From Dendrobates tinctorius (taxonomy: Eukaryota): a DNA stretch of 64,000 bases. A program made the translations under genes and the position numbers. The stretch covers positions 8,618,001 to 8,682,000 of the forward strand of contig NW_027361700.1 of the NCBI RefSeq assembly GCF_039654945.1. The letters are read 5' to 3'. Positions 46,592-59,759 of this stretch are shown here, piece after piece. The stretch's first letter is position 1. Each line of letters starts with the position of its first letter. The notes under the pieces are model-generated. The model saw only the letters and a program-made list of their open reading frames with translations. It had not been told where the DNA came from and searched no databases.

Positions 46592-48126
46592 TAAGGTTTA
46601 AAAAAGGGTCTCAGAATGGTATATCAGACTAGAGAGTTATCTGATGGTTTTAGGTTAATCTGACCTCTCTCTGTGTTCTGCACATGGAATTTCTTGCATT
46701 GTGTTAAAATCACTTTACAATAAAGCTAGCATAATACTGTATGATACAAGCTAAGGTAACACAGTTCTGTCAGTGCTGCAATCATGGTTTCTAGGTGGCA
46801 AAGTGTAAAATTTTAACGGTACATATAAGATGACATACAACAGTACAGCTAACTGAATTACTTGACAAATAACAATAATCTTTATTTTTATATAGCGCTA
46901 ACATATTCCGCAGCGCTTTACAGTTTACACATTATCATGGATATGTATGTCATAGGTCATGTCCCAGCATTTGACGCGGACTCCGGCGCCAAGCCGTCAT
47001 CTTTTCAGGCACATGACAGCTAATCTGATCAGCTGTCATATGCCCCTAACAGCCACGGGTGTAATCGCGATCCATACATGGCTGTTAACATGTTAAATGC
47101 CAATGTCAATCTCCAATAGCGGCATTTAATATGTGTGCCCCTGAAGTGTGTCAAACTCTGCCCATCGGCACCCTGTCGCATGATCGCGGGACGCCGATGG
47201 GTTGACATGACAACTAGGGTCTGCAGATGACCCCCAATGCTTGTCACTACAGACATGCTATGAGCACCGCCATATGGCCGGCATTCCTAGCAGATGATTA
47301 TTGCTGCTCACATAGCAGGGCTTCAGCCTTGCTATGTGTAGCACAAGCGGCCAGTAGATCACAGCTATAAAAAAAAGACTATTGAAGCAAGTGAAAAGTT
47401 AAAAGTTTTTAAAAATATAGAAAGCGAAAATCACACCCCTTTTACACCACTCAAAATTAAATAATTGAAAAAAAAATACACATATCTGATATCGCTGCAT
47501 TCAGAAAAGCCCGATCTATCAAAATATGAAATAATTAATCCCATCGTTAAACGGCGTAACAAGAAAAAAATCAAAACGCCAGAATTACGTTTTTTGTGTG
47601 CTGCAACGTTGCATTAAAATGCAATAACAGGCGATAAAAACATTGCATCTACTCCAGATTAGTATGCAAAAAAAAGCCCTCAGCCAAAAGGGGAGCAAAA
47701 AATGAAAAATCCCAAGGTAGTGAAGGTGGTACAGAGCATCTGTTGGTAGGACCAATCCTCCTAAGTAGTCTGTATGGGCATGTAGTTCACAGAAAGCTGA
47801 ATAAAGTGAGATCTTGATATCTGTGATCAGATATCTTCTTCCAGATAAATCCACGCTTATCTTATATGTAAATGAGCTGTCAAGATCTATGGGCCAGATA
47901 CTGAACTGCAGATCTTATTTTTTAATAAAGAGGGCGATACCAGTGTGAGACATGTAACTATCACAGAACAGTAGAACTGAACTTTATCTCCTTAAGAACA
48001 CATTTTTTGCAGCTCTCACAGCTCTGCTGTATTGCAACCCTGTCTGTCTGTGAGATAGAAGCTGAAGTTGAGAGGAACCACTAAGGGAGGCTTGTGGTCC
48101 TCTCTGTTCCTCGACTTCCCCACATA

Positions 48127-49732
48127 CAGTGGGGCAAAAAAGTATTTAGTCAGTCAGCAATAGTGCAAGTTCCACCACTTAAAAAGATGAGAGGCGTCTG
48201 TAATTTACATCATAGGTAGACCTCAACTATGGGAGACAAACTGAGAAAAAAAAATCCAGAAAATCACATTGTCTGTTTTTTTTTCATTTTATTTGCATAT
48301 TATGGTGGAAAATAAGTATTTGGTCAGAAACAAGCAATCAAGATTTCTGGCTCTCACAGACCTGTAACTTCTTCTTTAAGAGTCTCCTCTTTCCTCCACT
48401 CATTACCTGTAGTAATGGCACCTGTTTAAACTTGTTATCAGTATAAAAAGACACCTGTGCACACCCTCAAACAGTCTGACTCCAAACTCCACGATGGTGA
48501 AGACCAAAGAGCTGTCAAAGGACACCAGAAACAAAATTGTAGCCCTGCACCAGGCTGGGAAGACTGAATCTGCAATAGCCAACCAGCTTGGAGTGAAGAA
48601 ATCAACTGTGGGAGCAATAATTAGAAAATGGAAGACATACAAGACCACTGATAATCTCCCTCGATCTGGTGCTCCACACAAAATCCCACCCCGTGGGGTC
48701 AGAATGATCACAAGAACGGTGAGCAAAAATCCCAGAACCACGCGGGGGGACCTAGTGAATGAACTGCAGAGAGCTGGGACCAATGTAACAAGGCCTACCA
48801 TAAGTAACACACTACGCCACCATGGACTCAGATCCTGCAGTGCCAGACGTGTCCCACTGCTTAAGCCTGTACATGTCCGGGCCCGTCTGAAGTTTGCTAG
48901 AGAGCATTTGGATGATCCAGAGGAGTTTTGGGAGAATGTCCTATGGTCTGATGAAACCAAACTGGAACTGTTTGGTAGAAACACAACTTGTCGTGTTTGG
49001 AGGAAAAAGAATACTGAGTTGCATCCATCAAACACCATACCTACTGTAAAGCATGGTGGTGGAAACATCATGCTTTGGGGCTGTTTCTCTGCAAAGGGGC
49101 CAGGACGACTGATCCGGGTACATGAAAGAATGAATGGGGCCATGTATCGTGAGATTTTGAGTGAAAACCTCCTTCCATCAGCAAGGGCATTGAAGATGAA
49201 ACGTGGCTGGGTCTTTCAACATGACAATGATCCAAAGCACACCGCCAGGGCAACGAAGGAGTGGCTTCGTAAGAAGCATTTCAAGGTCCTGGAGTGGCCT
49301 AGCCAGTCTCCAGATCTCAACCCTATAGAAAACCTTTGGAGGGAGTTGAAAGTCCGTGTTGCCAAGCGAAAAGCCAAAAACATCACTGCTCTAGAGGAGA
49401 TCTGCATGGAGGAATGGGCTAACATACCAACAACAGTGTGTGGCAACCTTGTGAAGACTTACAGAAAACGTTTGACCTCTGTCATTGCCAACAAAGGATA
49501 TATCACAAAGTATTGAGATGAAATTTTGTTTCTGACCAAATACTTATTTTCCACCATAATATGCAAATAAAATGAAAAGAAAACAGACAATGTGATTTTC
49601 TGGATTTTTTTTTCTCAGTTTGTCTCCCATAGTTGAGGTCTACCTATGATGTAAATTACAGACGCCTCTCATCTTTTTAAGTGGTGGAACTTGCACTATT
49701 GCTGACTGACTAAATACTTTTTTGCCCCACTG
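48127..49732 (+). mobile_element. Intact Tc1 element (1606 bp) with ~200-bp TIRs
   Basis: TA TSD; TIR CAGTGGGGCAAAAAAGTATTTAGTCAGTCAGC... almost perfectly mirrored at 49525-49732. Confidence 0.97.
48494..49516 (+). CDS. Tc1 transposase, DD34E, 340 aa
   Basis: Paired-like HTH N-terminus, [25 protein letters not shown] with 34 residues between the second D and the E; uninterrupted. Confidence 0.97.
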   Translation: MVKTKELSKDTRNKIVALHQAGKTESAIANQLGVKKSTVGAIIRKWKTYKTTDNLPRSGAPHKIPPRGVRMITRTVSKNPRTTRGDLVNELQRAGTNVTRPTISNTLRHHGLRSCSARRVPLLKPVHVRARLKFAREHLDDPEEFWENVLWSDETKLELFGRNTTCRVWRKKNTELHPSNTIPTVKHGGGNIMLWGCFSAKGPGRLIRVHERMNGAMYREILSENLLPSARALKMKRGWVFQHDNDPKHTARATKEWLRKKHFKVLEWPSQSPDLNPIENLWRELKVRVAKRKAKNITALEEICMEEWANIPTTVCGNLVKTYRKRLTSVIANKGYITKY

Positions 49733-49782
49733 TATGTCGTTGTGACCTCCCCAGAGAAAAAGCAATGGGTCATACTGTACAT

Positions 49783-50044
49783 GAGCATTTAACCCCTTTG
49801 GGTCACTCCTCTCCTGCCCTAGGACTGAACCTAAATCCCCTCCGCTTGCCTCTAGCAGCTAAAACGTTCAAAACTTAAGATGGGTCACAACTCCTTAATA
49901 GATAGTCCTAGGGGAGCATTTAACCCCTTTGGGTCACTCCTCTCCTGCCCTAGGACTGAACCTAAATCCCCTCCGCTTGCCTCTAGCAGCTAAAACGTTC
50001 AAAACTTAAGATGGGTCACAACTCCTTAATAGATAGTCCTAGGG
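49783..50044. repeat. Perfect 131-bp tandem duplication
   Basis: GAGCATTTAACCCC...GATAGTCCTAGGG starts at 49783 and again at 49914. Confidence 0.95.
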
Positions 50045-51769
50045 AGGCAGTTTTGGCACCATCGGATACGTCCATATTCTCCTTATGAAATCATAGCTGC
50101 CTGAAGAAAGCAGACCACATGATATGGATCCACAGTGGGTCTTCCTTTATTAGTAAGTTGGTGGGGGTATGAATTCCTTCTTTGAAGCTGAAAAGCTGGG
50201 CCCCCTGCTGAGCAAGGTGTCTTGTTACAGCTGCACATTTTTCAGGATTATTGTAAGCTGTCAATAAATCCCCCCATCCTTCACACATGCCCATGTAGAC
50301 GGCTTAGGTGGGTTGACGCCCTTTAAAAGTTGGAAAATGCAGCTATCTTTTTAAAAAACTAAAGAAATAATATTTCACTGAGTAATCTGGAAGATTTTTG
50401 ATACATGCGAGAAAGAAAAACAATACCCATACAAACAAGACACCTATCTATAGACAGCTGTTTCATCAGAAAAGACAGGGTTCGTATTTGCTGGATGAGA
50501 TACCTTTTATGAAGTTCTGTAGCTCCCCTCTAGAAGGATGAATGCTGTCGCATTTATTTAGTTAGAACAGTTACGCTGCCTGGGATTCCCCAGGATGTCT
50601 CATCTGGTCGTCCAGTACCCTGTTCTACTGAAAAGGGGGACTGTGGGGGAAGGAACAGCTGTCTGGTTTGGGCATAAGAGTTTGACTCCCTTCAGGGGGA
50701 TAGTTCATTTGGATACATTTATTAAGAAAACTAATGGCGTTTTATGTCATTTGTCTTTTTGAAAAGAAGCTAGCAGCTAAGGACACATCTCCATGATTCT
50801 GAGCAACTTACTTTCCATCCAACATCCATCCACTTGGCAAATAAAGCATTTAACTACTCAAGGCTCCTTTAGATCATATTAATCTTTCAGGAGAGCTAAG
50901 TATTTCTAAGGGAACACAGAAGAAGCGGTGTGACATGTTAACTCACCTTTTCAGTAACTATTTCGTAACTATACTCACATTTTTGGTATTACCGGCTTCA
51001 AAATGCTTTATGCCTAAATTGAGGGACCAGGGCAATATATTTCTATGTATGCAGTACTATCCTAATTTATTTAGCTGTTTCATTGCGTACTTATGCAAGG
51101 GTAATGAAATACAAAAATGTATGTATATCCACAAAAGCTCTAAGGCAACCAATCACGTTAAACATGGAGTTCAGTCTGCAACATGCTAAAAAGTAACAGG
51201 AGATGAGGAAATGTATATTTGTGGGAAAATATTTAGTAGAACTAGTACAGGTAACTTATTCCTTTAAACCTCTGCTCATACTGGAGTGTCCAGTGGGCGA
51301 TCCTACTCAGTGAGTGATACCCTTCCTTATCCATATGAAGTCAATCACTAAGTAAACCACCCACTGGACTCTTAAGCCCCGAATGAACAGAGGTTTAAAT
51401 TAATAAATTAGTAGTTCAACTGAATCTTTTCTTTACAGATGGTGTTGGCAGCTTGGACTGCACTTTCAACAGTTAAAAATGAGAATTAGTAACTCGACAC
51501 AGTCTAAACAGGGTGTGACTGCAAAGTGAAATGACCCAAAGGGTAGATCTGTTTGAAATTAACAAAATCAGAATTACTTATCTACTGCAGCCCCAGTTCC
51601 ACCTTTTCAATGCTCCACACCAATCTCTGTTGACATGGCTGCACTGGTAATGTCCAGTAGACACCATTTGACCGTTGCAGGTCCATCATTGGACTTGGTG
51701 GTCATGTGCTGAAAACTTCAAAATAACCAATGAGCCCAAATGATTGGCTGTAGCAGTCACAAAGCCTAA

Positions 51770-52436
51770 AGGCCCCGTCACACGTAGCGATCTCGCTAGC
51801 GAGATCGCTGCTGAGTCACAAGTTTTGTGACACAACAGCGATCTCACCAGTGAGATCGCTGTGTGTGACAGCGATCAGCGACCGGTCCCCCTGCCGGTAT
51901 CGCTGATCGCTCTGGGAAATCTCTGGACATTTCTTTCGTCGCTGATCTCCCGCTGGCCAGCATGCATCGCTGCGTGTGACAGGCGGGAGACCAGCGATCA
52001 GCGATAAAATACTAAAAAAAAATAAAAAATATTGTTATTCTCACCTTCTGACGTCTCGCGCAGCATTCCCGCCTCTCTCCACGCTCCGGTCCCAGTAATC
52101 CTTTGCAAGAATGACCGCGAGACTTCGCGATCCGAGAACGGACGCCATCGCGGTAATTCTCGCAAAGGATTACTGGGACCGGAGCGTGGAGAGAGGCCGG
52201 ATGGCTGCGCGGGACGTCGGAAGGTGAGAATAACAATATTTTTTATTTTAATTCTATTTTTGACATTAATCAGCGCTGAACACAGCGATGCCACGCACGT
52301 GGAGTCGCTGTGCTAATCGCTGGTGAAGCGGTCTGTGTGACAGCTCACCAGCGATCATGTAGCGACACACCAGCGATCCTGATACGTTGATATCGTTGTC
52401 GGGATCGCTGGTAAGTCGCTATGTGTGACGGGGCCT
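51770..52436. mobile_element. Harbinger-type MITE with an internal palindrome
   Basis: TIRs AGGCCCCGTCACAC / GTGTGACGGGGCCT, TAA TSD, internal inverted repeat at about 52020-52250. Confidence 0.9.
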
Positions 52437-52741
52437 TAAGAGGGGGCATCGCCACTGCAGCTATGTCAACAAAGACCAGCAGGGATTAGTGGAGAGGTGA
52501 GGCCAAAGTGAATGTGACACCGATATTGTTATTTATAAACAGATGAAGATTTTGGTCATTTTGAAACTGGACACCTTCTTTAAGAAACAAACACAGAAAT
52601 GACAAGGACGATATTGTATTTTATACTCAAGTGTTGCCCAACCAGTGGCTTTTAAGCCACATATGACTCTTGGGATTACTGCATTTGGCATTAGTGATGT
52701 CATTAGTCTACACTGGCAAATCACTGAGAAGAGTAACATAG

Positions 52742-55237
52742 TGTCATGCCCGCCATGTCCGTTATGCCTGTCATGTCCGTTATACCTGTCATACCCGCCA
52801 TGTCCGTTATGCCTGTCATGTCCGTTATGCCTGTCATGCCCGCCATGTCTGTTATGCCGCATGACCCCTGGAGCAGTGTGCACATGCACCGAATTATCAT
52901 GCCTGCCATGTCTGATATGCCGCATGACTCCTGGAACAGTGTGCACGCGCGCCTTACCTCATGGCTGCACGCTGTTGCTAGGTAACCATCCGTCTCTGCT
53001 CTGATTCTGCAATCCTCTGTATTCCTGGAGCCCCTGATCATATGACCTTGCCTATGTTCCAGCACTGTCTGATTCTGCAATCCTCTATGTATTCCTGGAG
53101 CCCTGATCATGTGACCTTTCCTATGTTCCAGCACTGTCTGATTCTGCAATCCTCTATGTATTTCTGGAGCCCCTGATCATGTGACCTTCTCTATGGTTCA
53201 GCCCAGTCTGATCTAGCAACGCTCTCTATGATCCTGGAGGATCTGAGCCGGAAGTGCTTCCCTGGTCCTGACCCGGAACTGCAGGTGCTATGGTGCTATA
53301 TCTGACTGCCCCTTCCTATGGTCAGGGACTGAGTATATTGTTGCTTCCCTGCATGGCTGCTTGGTCTGCTTGGGCGCTCTCTGTATTCTGTGCCCCTGCA
53401 CTCTGCTCTGTAGTGCGTCTCTGCACAGGCTCTGTGCTTGCACTCTGCCTCTTGTTTCATGCCTTGTCTTGTGTTGTCTCTCGTGCCATGTTTTGTCTGT
53501 GTCATGCTTGGACTTGTAGTCCTTCCGATGTTCTCTGCTTTGGCATGTCTTGCCTTTGCTATGCTTTGCCTTGTGGTCCTTCCTACGTTCTCTGTCTTTG
53601 CTTGTTCTTTCTTGCTCTTACCTATGGTGCTCTGTTGTGCCTCCTGGCACATGCACCATTCCTCATTTCTGACCTATGGTGCTCTGTAGTGCCTCCTGGC
53701 ACACACACCATTCCTCCTCTCTTACCTCTAGTGCTCTCTTGCACATTTCCACACTAGTCTCAAGGTTCTCCCTTGACCCGGCTCTGGGCTTCGGCCTACG
53801 CTCCGCTGCTAACTCTGTTCTCGCTCTGACCTGGCTCTGTGTTTCTGCCTACGTTCCGCTCATTGTTCCGTACCCTGCCTAGCTTTGCCTTGTCTCTTCG
53901 TGTGCCCTTTGCATGCACCTGGCCTTCCTAGCCTCCTGCTTGTGCCTCAGCCGTGCCCGCCTGCTTGTGCCTCTGCCATGCTCGTCGGTCAGTGACAGCT
54001 GTGTCACCTGCTATGCCCCAGCCGGGTTCACTGGAGTCTTGCTCGCCTGTTTGTGCTGCAGCCCGACCAGCTAGCCAGTGCCCAGTCGTGCTCTCTGTGC
54101 TTCCTTGCACCTACGCTGTCTCTGCACTGTGCTCTCCGTGCTTCTCGCCCTCGCCTGCCCCGTGGCATACCTCCCCGTGCTTCTGTAAAAGTACGCGCAG
54201 GTCTTGCCATGTACACTGTCGTACCCTCTCGCTCGCACAGAGCCTGTACTCTGTCCCTGGCGTGTCCTCTGCACGTGCAGGACTCTGCTTTTAACCCTGA
54301 CCCTGGCGTGCCCTTATGCACACGCAGGACTCTGCCTTGAACCCTGACCATGGTGTGTCTCTCTGCACGCGCAGGACTCTGCCTTGAACCCTGACCCTGG
54401 CGTGCCCCTCTGCACACGCAGGACTCTGCCTTGAACTATGACCCTGGCGTGCCCTCTGCACGCGCAGGACTCTGCCTTGTCCCTAGTGCCTTGGCATGTC
54501 TCTACACACGCATACTGTCTTGTATGTTGAACTTTGAACCCTGGCGTGTTCCCTACACACGCACCGCGTATCGTACTTTGAACCTGGCGTGTCCCCTACA
54601 CACGCACCTTGCCTTGCACCTTGCCCTGGACCCTGGTGTGCCCCTAGCACGCACCCTGCCTGGAATCTTGCCTTGGACCTCGGCGTGTTCCCTAACACGC
54701 ACCATGCCTGGAGATCTGTCGTGCCTCCTTGCTTGTACCCTGGTTTGCCTGCTGGATTCCCGGAACCTGCCATCCCTGCCAGAGATCGTAAGCATGAAGT
54801 CTACAGCCTGACGCCCTGATCCCTGCCAGCTGCCCGGAGTCCGATGCCATCGTATCCTTGCCGGTAACCAGGCTTGCCTTCTAGCACGTACTATTCCATG
54901 GACCTTGGCGTGCCATGCACGCACCTTGCCGTGTTTGCTTGTTATCACGTTTTGCACTGAATGTTATCCTGAACTTGTCTTAATGAAGATACCTTGAACT
55001 TACGTCTTGTCTTGTTTCCTGCACGTCCTTGTTGTCAGACACTCGTACCTAGTGTCTACCTGAGCAGGCCGTCTGGTGCCAGCAGTCGTGGTGGCTCACC
55101 CCCTTGGTCTTGCCCCTGACACTCCCTGTATAGGGTGGTTCCTCACAAGGTCAGCTCGCCCTAGGTGGGTGGGTGCCACGACCCAGAGGGTCCACTCTAA
55201 AGAAAAAGTCGACTCAGCGTAAGCTGACCTCGTCACA
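52742..55237. mobile_element. Very long solo LTR-like element (2.5 kb) built largely of minisatellites
   Basis: TGTCATG...CGTCACA termini; 5-bp TSD CATAG/TATAG within a CR1 TAACATAG tail; internal tandem units of about 18, 58 and 43 bp. Confidence 0.7.
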
Positions 55238-55688
55238 TATAGTAACATAGTTAGCAAGACCGGAAAAAGACATTTGTCCATCCAGTTCAGCCTTTATTCC
55301 GTCAGAATAAATCCCCAGATCTACGTCCTTTAAAAGCAGGGGTCCCCAACCGCCGGTCCGCGGCCCAGCACCGGGCCGCTGCAGTGCCCTTGCCGGTCCG
55401 CGGACACAAGGGGAGCCAGGGGCGGTCAGTGGCGTAGCGGGGGCTGGGGCGGTGCGCAGCAATTCTTAAACTGCGTGTAGCGGCGGGCAGGGAGCGATCA
55501 AGCCGCTCCGCTGCCTGCAAGAGGGAATAGCAGGAGCGGAGCTGCAAGGACCCGTCCAGCTTCCTGCCCGCCGCCCGCGCTTCCTGTCTCTGACTGACAC
55601 AGAGAGGAGTGCGCCGCGGCCGCTGCTGTGTCAGAGCGAGGAAGCGCGGGCGATGCTGCGACAGGTGAGAGGAGAGAGGTGGTGTGTG

Positions 55689-55727
<39 letters not shown>

Positions 55728-56960
55728 CTGTCTGTCTGTGTTTGTGTAGGTGGAGCCTGGCCCTGGAGGAGATGGGACATGAGGAGAAGACCATGATGGG
55801 GAGAGAAGGCCATGAGGGGGTAATGGGAGAAGGCCATGAGGGGGTAATGGGAGAAGGCATTGATGGAAGTGATGGAGAGACGTCAGTGATGGGGTGAAGG
55901 CAATGATGGGGAGAAGGGAGTGATGGGGAGACTGCAGTGATGGGGTGAAGGCAATGACGGAGAGACGTCAGTGATGGGGTGAAGGCAATGATGGAAAGAT
56001 GGCAGTGATGGGGTGAAGGCAATGATGGGGAGAAGGGAGTGATGGGGTGAAGGCAATGATGGAGAGATGGCAGTGATGGGGAGAAGGGAGTGATGGGGTA
56101 ATGGAGCACTCATTCAAAACCTATGGTGAGTTGAGTCACATTATAAATGTTATTTAATTATAAGTATGCACTGCTACACTACAACCGTGTCCATAGCCCC
56201 ACCCCCTTATGACCAAAGCCCCGCCCCTGCCACACCTCCATCCCCACCCTGCCGGGCCATGGAAGAATGGTCTTGCTTGAAACCGGTCCCTGGTGCAAAA
56301 AAGGTTGGGGACCACTGTTCTAAAGAACCTAATCACTGTAAGATACAATATTGTTAAGCTCCAGGAAGACATCCAGGCCTCTCTTGAACCCCTCGACTGA
56401 GTTCGCCATCACCACCTCTTCAGGCAAGGAATTTCAGATTCTCACTGCCCTAACAGTAAAGAATCCTTTTCTATGTTGGTGGAAAAACCTTTTCTCCTCC
56501 AGACGCAGAGAATGCCCCCTTGTGACTGTCACCTTCCTTGGTATAAACAGATCCTCGGAGAGATATTTGTATTGTCCCCTTATATACATATACATGGTTA
56601 TTAGATGTCCCCTCAGTCGTCTTTTTTCTAGACTAAATAACCCTAATTTTGCTAATCTCCCTGGGTACGTAGTTCCCCCATCCCCTTTATTAATTTTGTT
56701 GCCCTCCTTTGTACTCGCTCTAGTTCCATTATATCCTTCCTGAGCACAAGTGCCCAAAACTGTACACAGTACTTCATGTGCGGACTAACCAGGGATTTGT
56801 ACAGAGGCAGTATAATGCTCTCATCATGCGTATCCAGACCTCTTAATGCACCCCATGATCCTGTTTGCCTTGGCAGCCGCTGCCTAGCACTGGCTGCTCC
56901 AGGTAAGTTTATCATTAACTAGGATCCCCAAGTCCTTCTCCATGTCAAATGTACCCAATA
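55238..56960 (-). mobile_element. CR1 LINE 3' fragment (same family as 29055 and 34761), interrupted by a hAT element
   Basis: Same 3' UTR and LEKRRLRG / CVQFWA motifs. Confidence 0.92.
55337..56317. mobile_element. Non-autonomous hAT (Charlie-like ends) containing (TG)n and a ~20-bp minisatellite
   Basis: CAGGGGTCCCCAACC...GGTTGGGGACCACTG; TSD TTTAAAAG/TTCTAAAG at a site that reads TTCTAAAG once in the other CR1 copies. Confidence 0.85.
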
Positions 56961-59759
56961 GTTTCCAACTGGGTCTTTATGATTTGATGATAACCTTTTC
57001 TGTATAATATTCAAAGTGGTTCAATGGCATCAGTTGTACATAAAAGTTGCTTATGACCTACAAAAAGTTGGGGATCTCTGCTTTGCACTTTATTATAACC
57101 CAAATATTTCAGGATGTTGCAATATATTTATATTGTCTGTGGTTTTGCTGCACTAGTTGCACAGAGGTAAAAACATAGTTGCTTTGTAGACTTTTAAAAA
57201 ATATCTTCAAAAACTATTAGTGATAAGTAGACATACATTATAATTTGGAAGCTACAGTTTTATTGCTTTTCTGCTACAGATTTCCAGTACTAGCCCATTA
57301 TCCAGAAATGTGACTTATAAATATGAACATGCCCCGATTAGAATGTCACTTTGTGTATATCTAGGCAAAGTATAGACTGGTGGCAACTCTACTGGAATCA
57401 ACCATCACCCAACCAACTCAATAACTCATGTCCGCAAGGTGCGCACGAGCTACACTAGGTCTCTGGAAGACGTCTGGTAGAATAACACTGCTTAGCATAC
57501 ATTGAGTGTCCCGAAGGTCTGGGAACTGTTTTCACCATGCTTGGCCTGTGTTCAGCCAGCAAAAGCACCAGTTCGCAGAGTGGCAGGAACACGGAGCAGC
57601 TGAATAAACAATGACATGTTAGAGAGAAGGTTGAAAAAAAAAAAAATTTCAATCTACTCTCAAGATCCTGCCTGTCCCGTACTTGTTAACACTGCTGTTC
57701 AAGCCCAATCTCACATAATCCATAATGAATACCTTGTGTTAAGAAAAAAAAAACTTTGGAAATTAAAACTTAGCATTTTTTTTTTTCGTAATGGATTTAC
57801 AAAAGCGAATTTTAAAAACCTTATTAAAAAGTACTAAATGATTCCAGCTCTTCTACAAGCCGGGGGAAGATCTGATGGCCACTTGTCGTGACTTTGAATA
57901 AGGAGGGTTAACTAGAGTTACACCTTCAGACTACTTATATATTTGGTAAATATCTCACAGAATCTATGAAAGGAAGAAGGAGTCATTTGGGAAAGGATTA
58001 CGTAACTCACAGGTGTTTCTGCAGACCCGTACAGTTCAGTCCATGCAGAAAAAGACATCATTAAAACCAAACCTTAGAAGGACCTACAAAATCCACATGA
58101 GACTAAACACTAAAACATTCTTTGGAATTGAAGGATTATTAAGCATGTCACAGTGGTGTTTATTTCGTTTAACAAGTTTCAGTCTAGCTACAAAGACCAA
58201 ACCACAGAAGACACTGATGTTGGAAACTCAAGCTTCGCTCCGCAAGATTTCGGTGAGGGTAGCGCACGAGCCTCCCCTGCGTCCTCAGCACATCCATATG
58301 CTAGCAATAACACACTAGACATTATTAAGAAATGCCCCTAGTGGGTTGTTTACTGCATGCCAACTTTATGTGTAATGTGTCTGCACAATAAAACATGGAG
58401 AAAGACTTAAGATCTATCTCCTGCACCGCTGTGAGTGTGACCAGCTGCTTTATATTAAAGCATGATAAACAGACTTTACAAATGTCTCTCATCGTTAGCT
58501 ACCAAGATAAGTAGCCAATATGCCCGCTTCTGATGCGAAATGATCTCATATTGAAAGTGAGCCTCTACTTACAGGGGTTGCCCCAAGTCAATCAGGAATG
58601 CACATGCAAACTTCCTGCTTGATGGTGACAGTGCGCTCTCAATTGAGTGACAGTTCACACCAGCGATATGGTTGAACTGCTGGCCCGAAGTGTAAGAGCT
58701 GCGATCCTTGCCAAGGAATCTAGCCACTGCTGATAGAGCTGGCCAGTAATTTAGGCAAGGCAAAATAAATTATGAAATAAAAAAAGCTCTTCCAATGTGG
58801 AAAACAAAAAGCATTTTTTTTTAATAAGAGGAAAACTGAAAAGTTGCTTGTTTTTACAAGCACTTTGCAATGTTACCCATTTACGATGATTAGAAAGCCC
58901 TTTAACATGTATAGTATAACATGGTTCTGAATCATGCTATTATATTAGAATTTGTGCACCTATAGGAAAAATATATGTCACTGGTAAATAAAACTAAAAA
59001 TGTTATAATTATATAAAAAAAATTATTAATAGATTTGATCAATATCGAAATTGACTAGATGTCTTAAATTGTGATCTGATCTCTCAAAAAGACTATACAA
59101 TACTCAAAGACCAATAACATTCAATTTATGAATAAGGATTATAACTATGATTGGTGAAAACGTGGGCTTATCACAACAGCATCCCTGCGTCCAACAACTC
59201 TGAACTACTTTAATTGTAAAACAATCTTTGAAAAGACATCCATCCGAAAAAAGCAACAGAAGTTTGTTGGATTTGTTCATACTACAATCAGTTTTATAGT
59301 CATCCGTCCTCTTCCTAAAGGCTTCGTTGGAAAAGCCCTATAAAGGGCATCTGTAATGCTATGTTCTGAAGTAGAAATTCTGTTTTCATGTTTCTCAAAG
59401 TGATTGTTTAAAAGATCATCTCTGTCCATTTGCTCTGTAAATATGGACATCATAGAGGGGGACAAGTCCCATTTATGACCACCCTATAATAGAACATGTG
59501 TATTAAATGTATGGAGACACAAAATTCTACACCCCTGCAAAACCAGCTGAGTATTTTACTATGCCCGTTACCAGGGAGTCAAATGATTCTGTATAGGAGC
59601 TGTAGACACACACCTATAGGAAATATGGAATCAAGACCATTTGCAAAGTTTCTTCATTATATCACAGCAAAGGTATGCAACAGCATATTATAAGTGAATT
59701 TCCGTAAACATGTGCTGTTTAAATAATGGACAATTACGGATCAGTTGTTATCTAACATA

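Noticed and set aside
52533-56113. Numerous Cys/His/Pro-rich ORFs
   Set aside because: They are translations of minisatellites and microsatellites in the LTR and hAT elements, with no domain motifs.
58569-58763. Additional UQCC1 exon (64-aa minus-strand ORF)
   Set aside because: The two identified exons join in phase and give a contiguous UQCC1 C-terminus, and this peptide resembles nothing I recognise.
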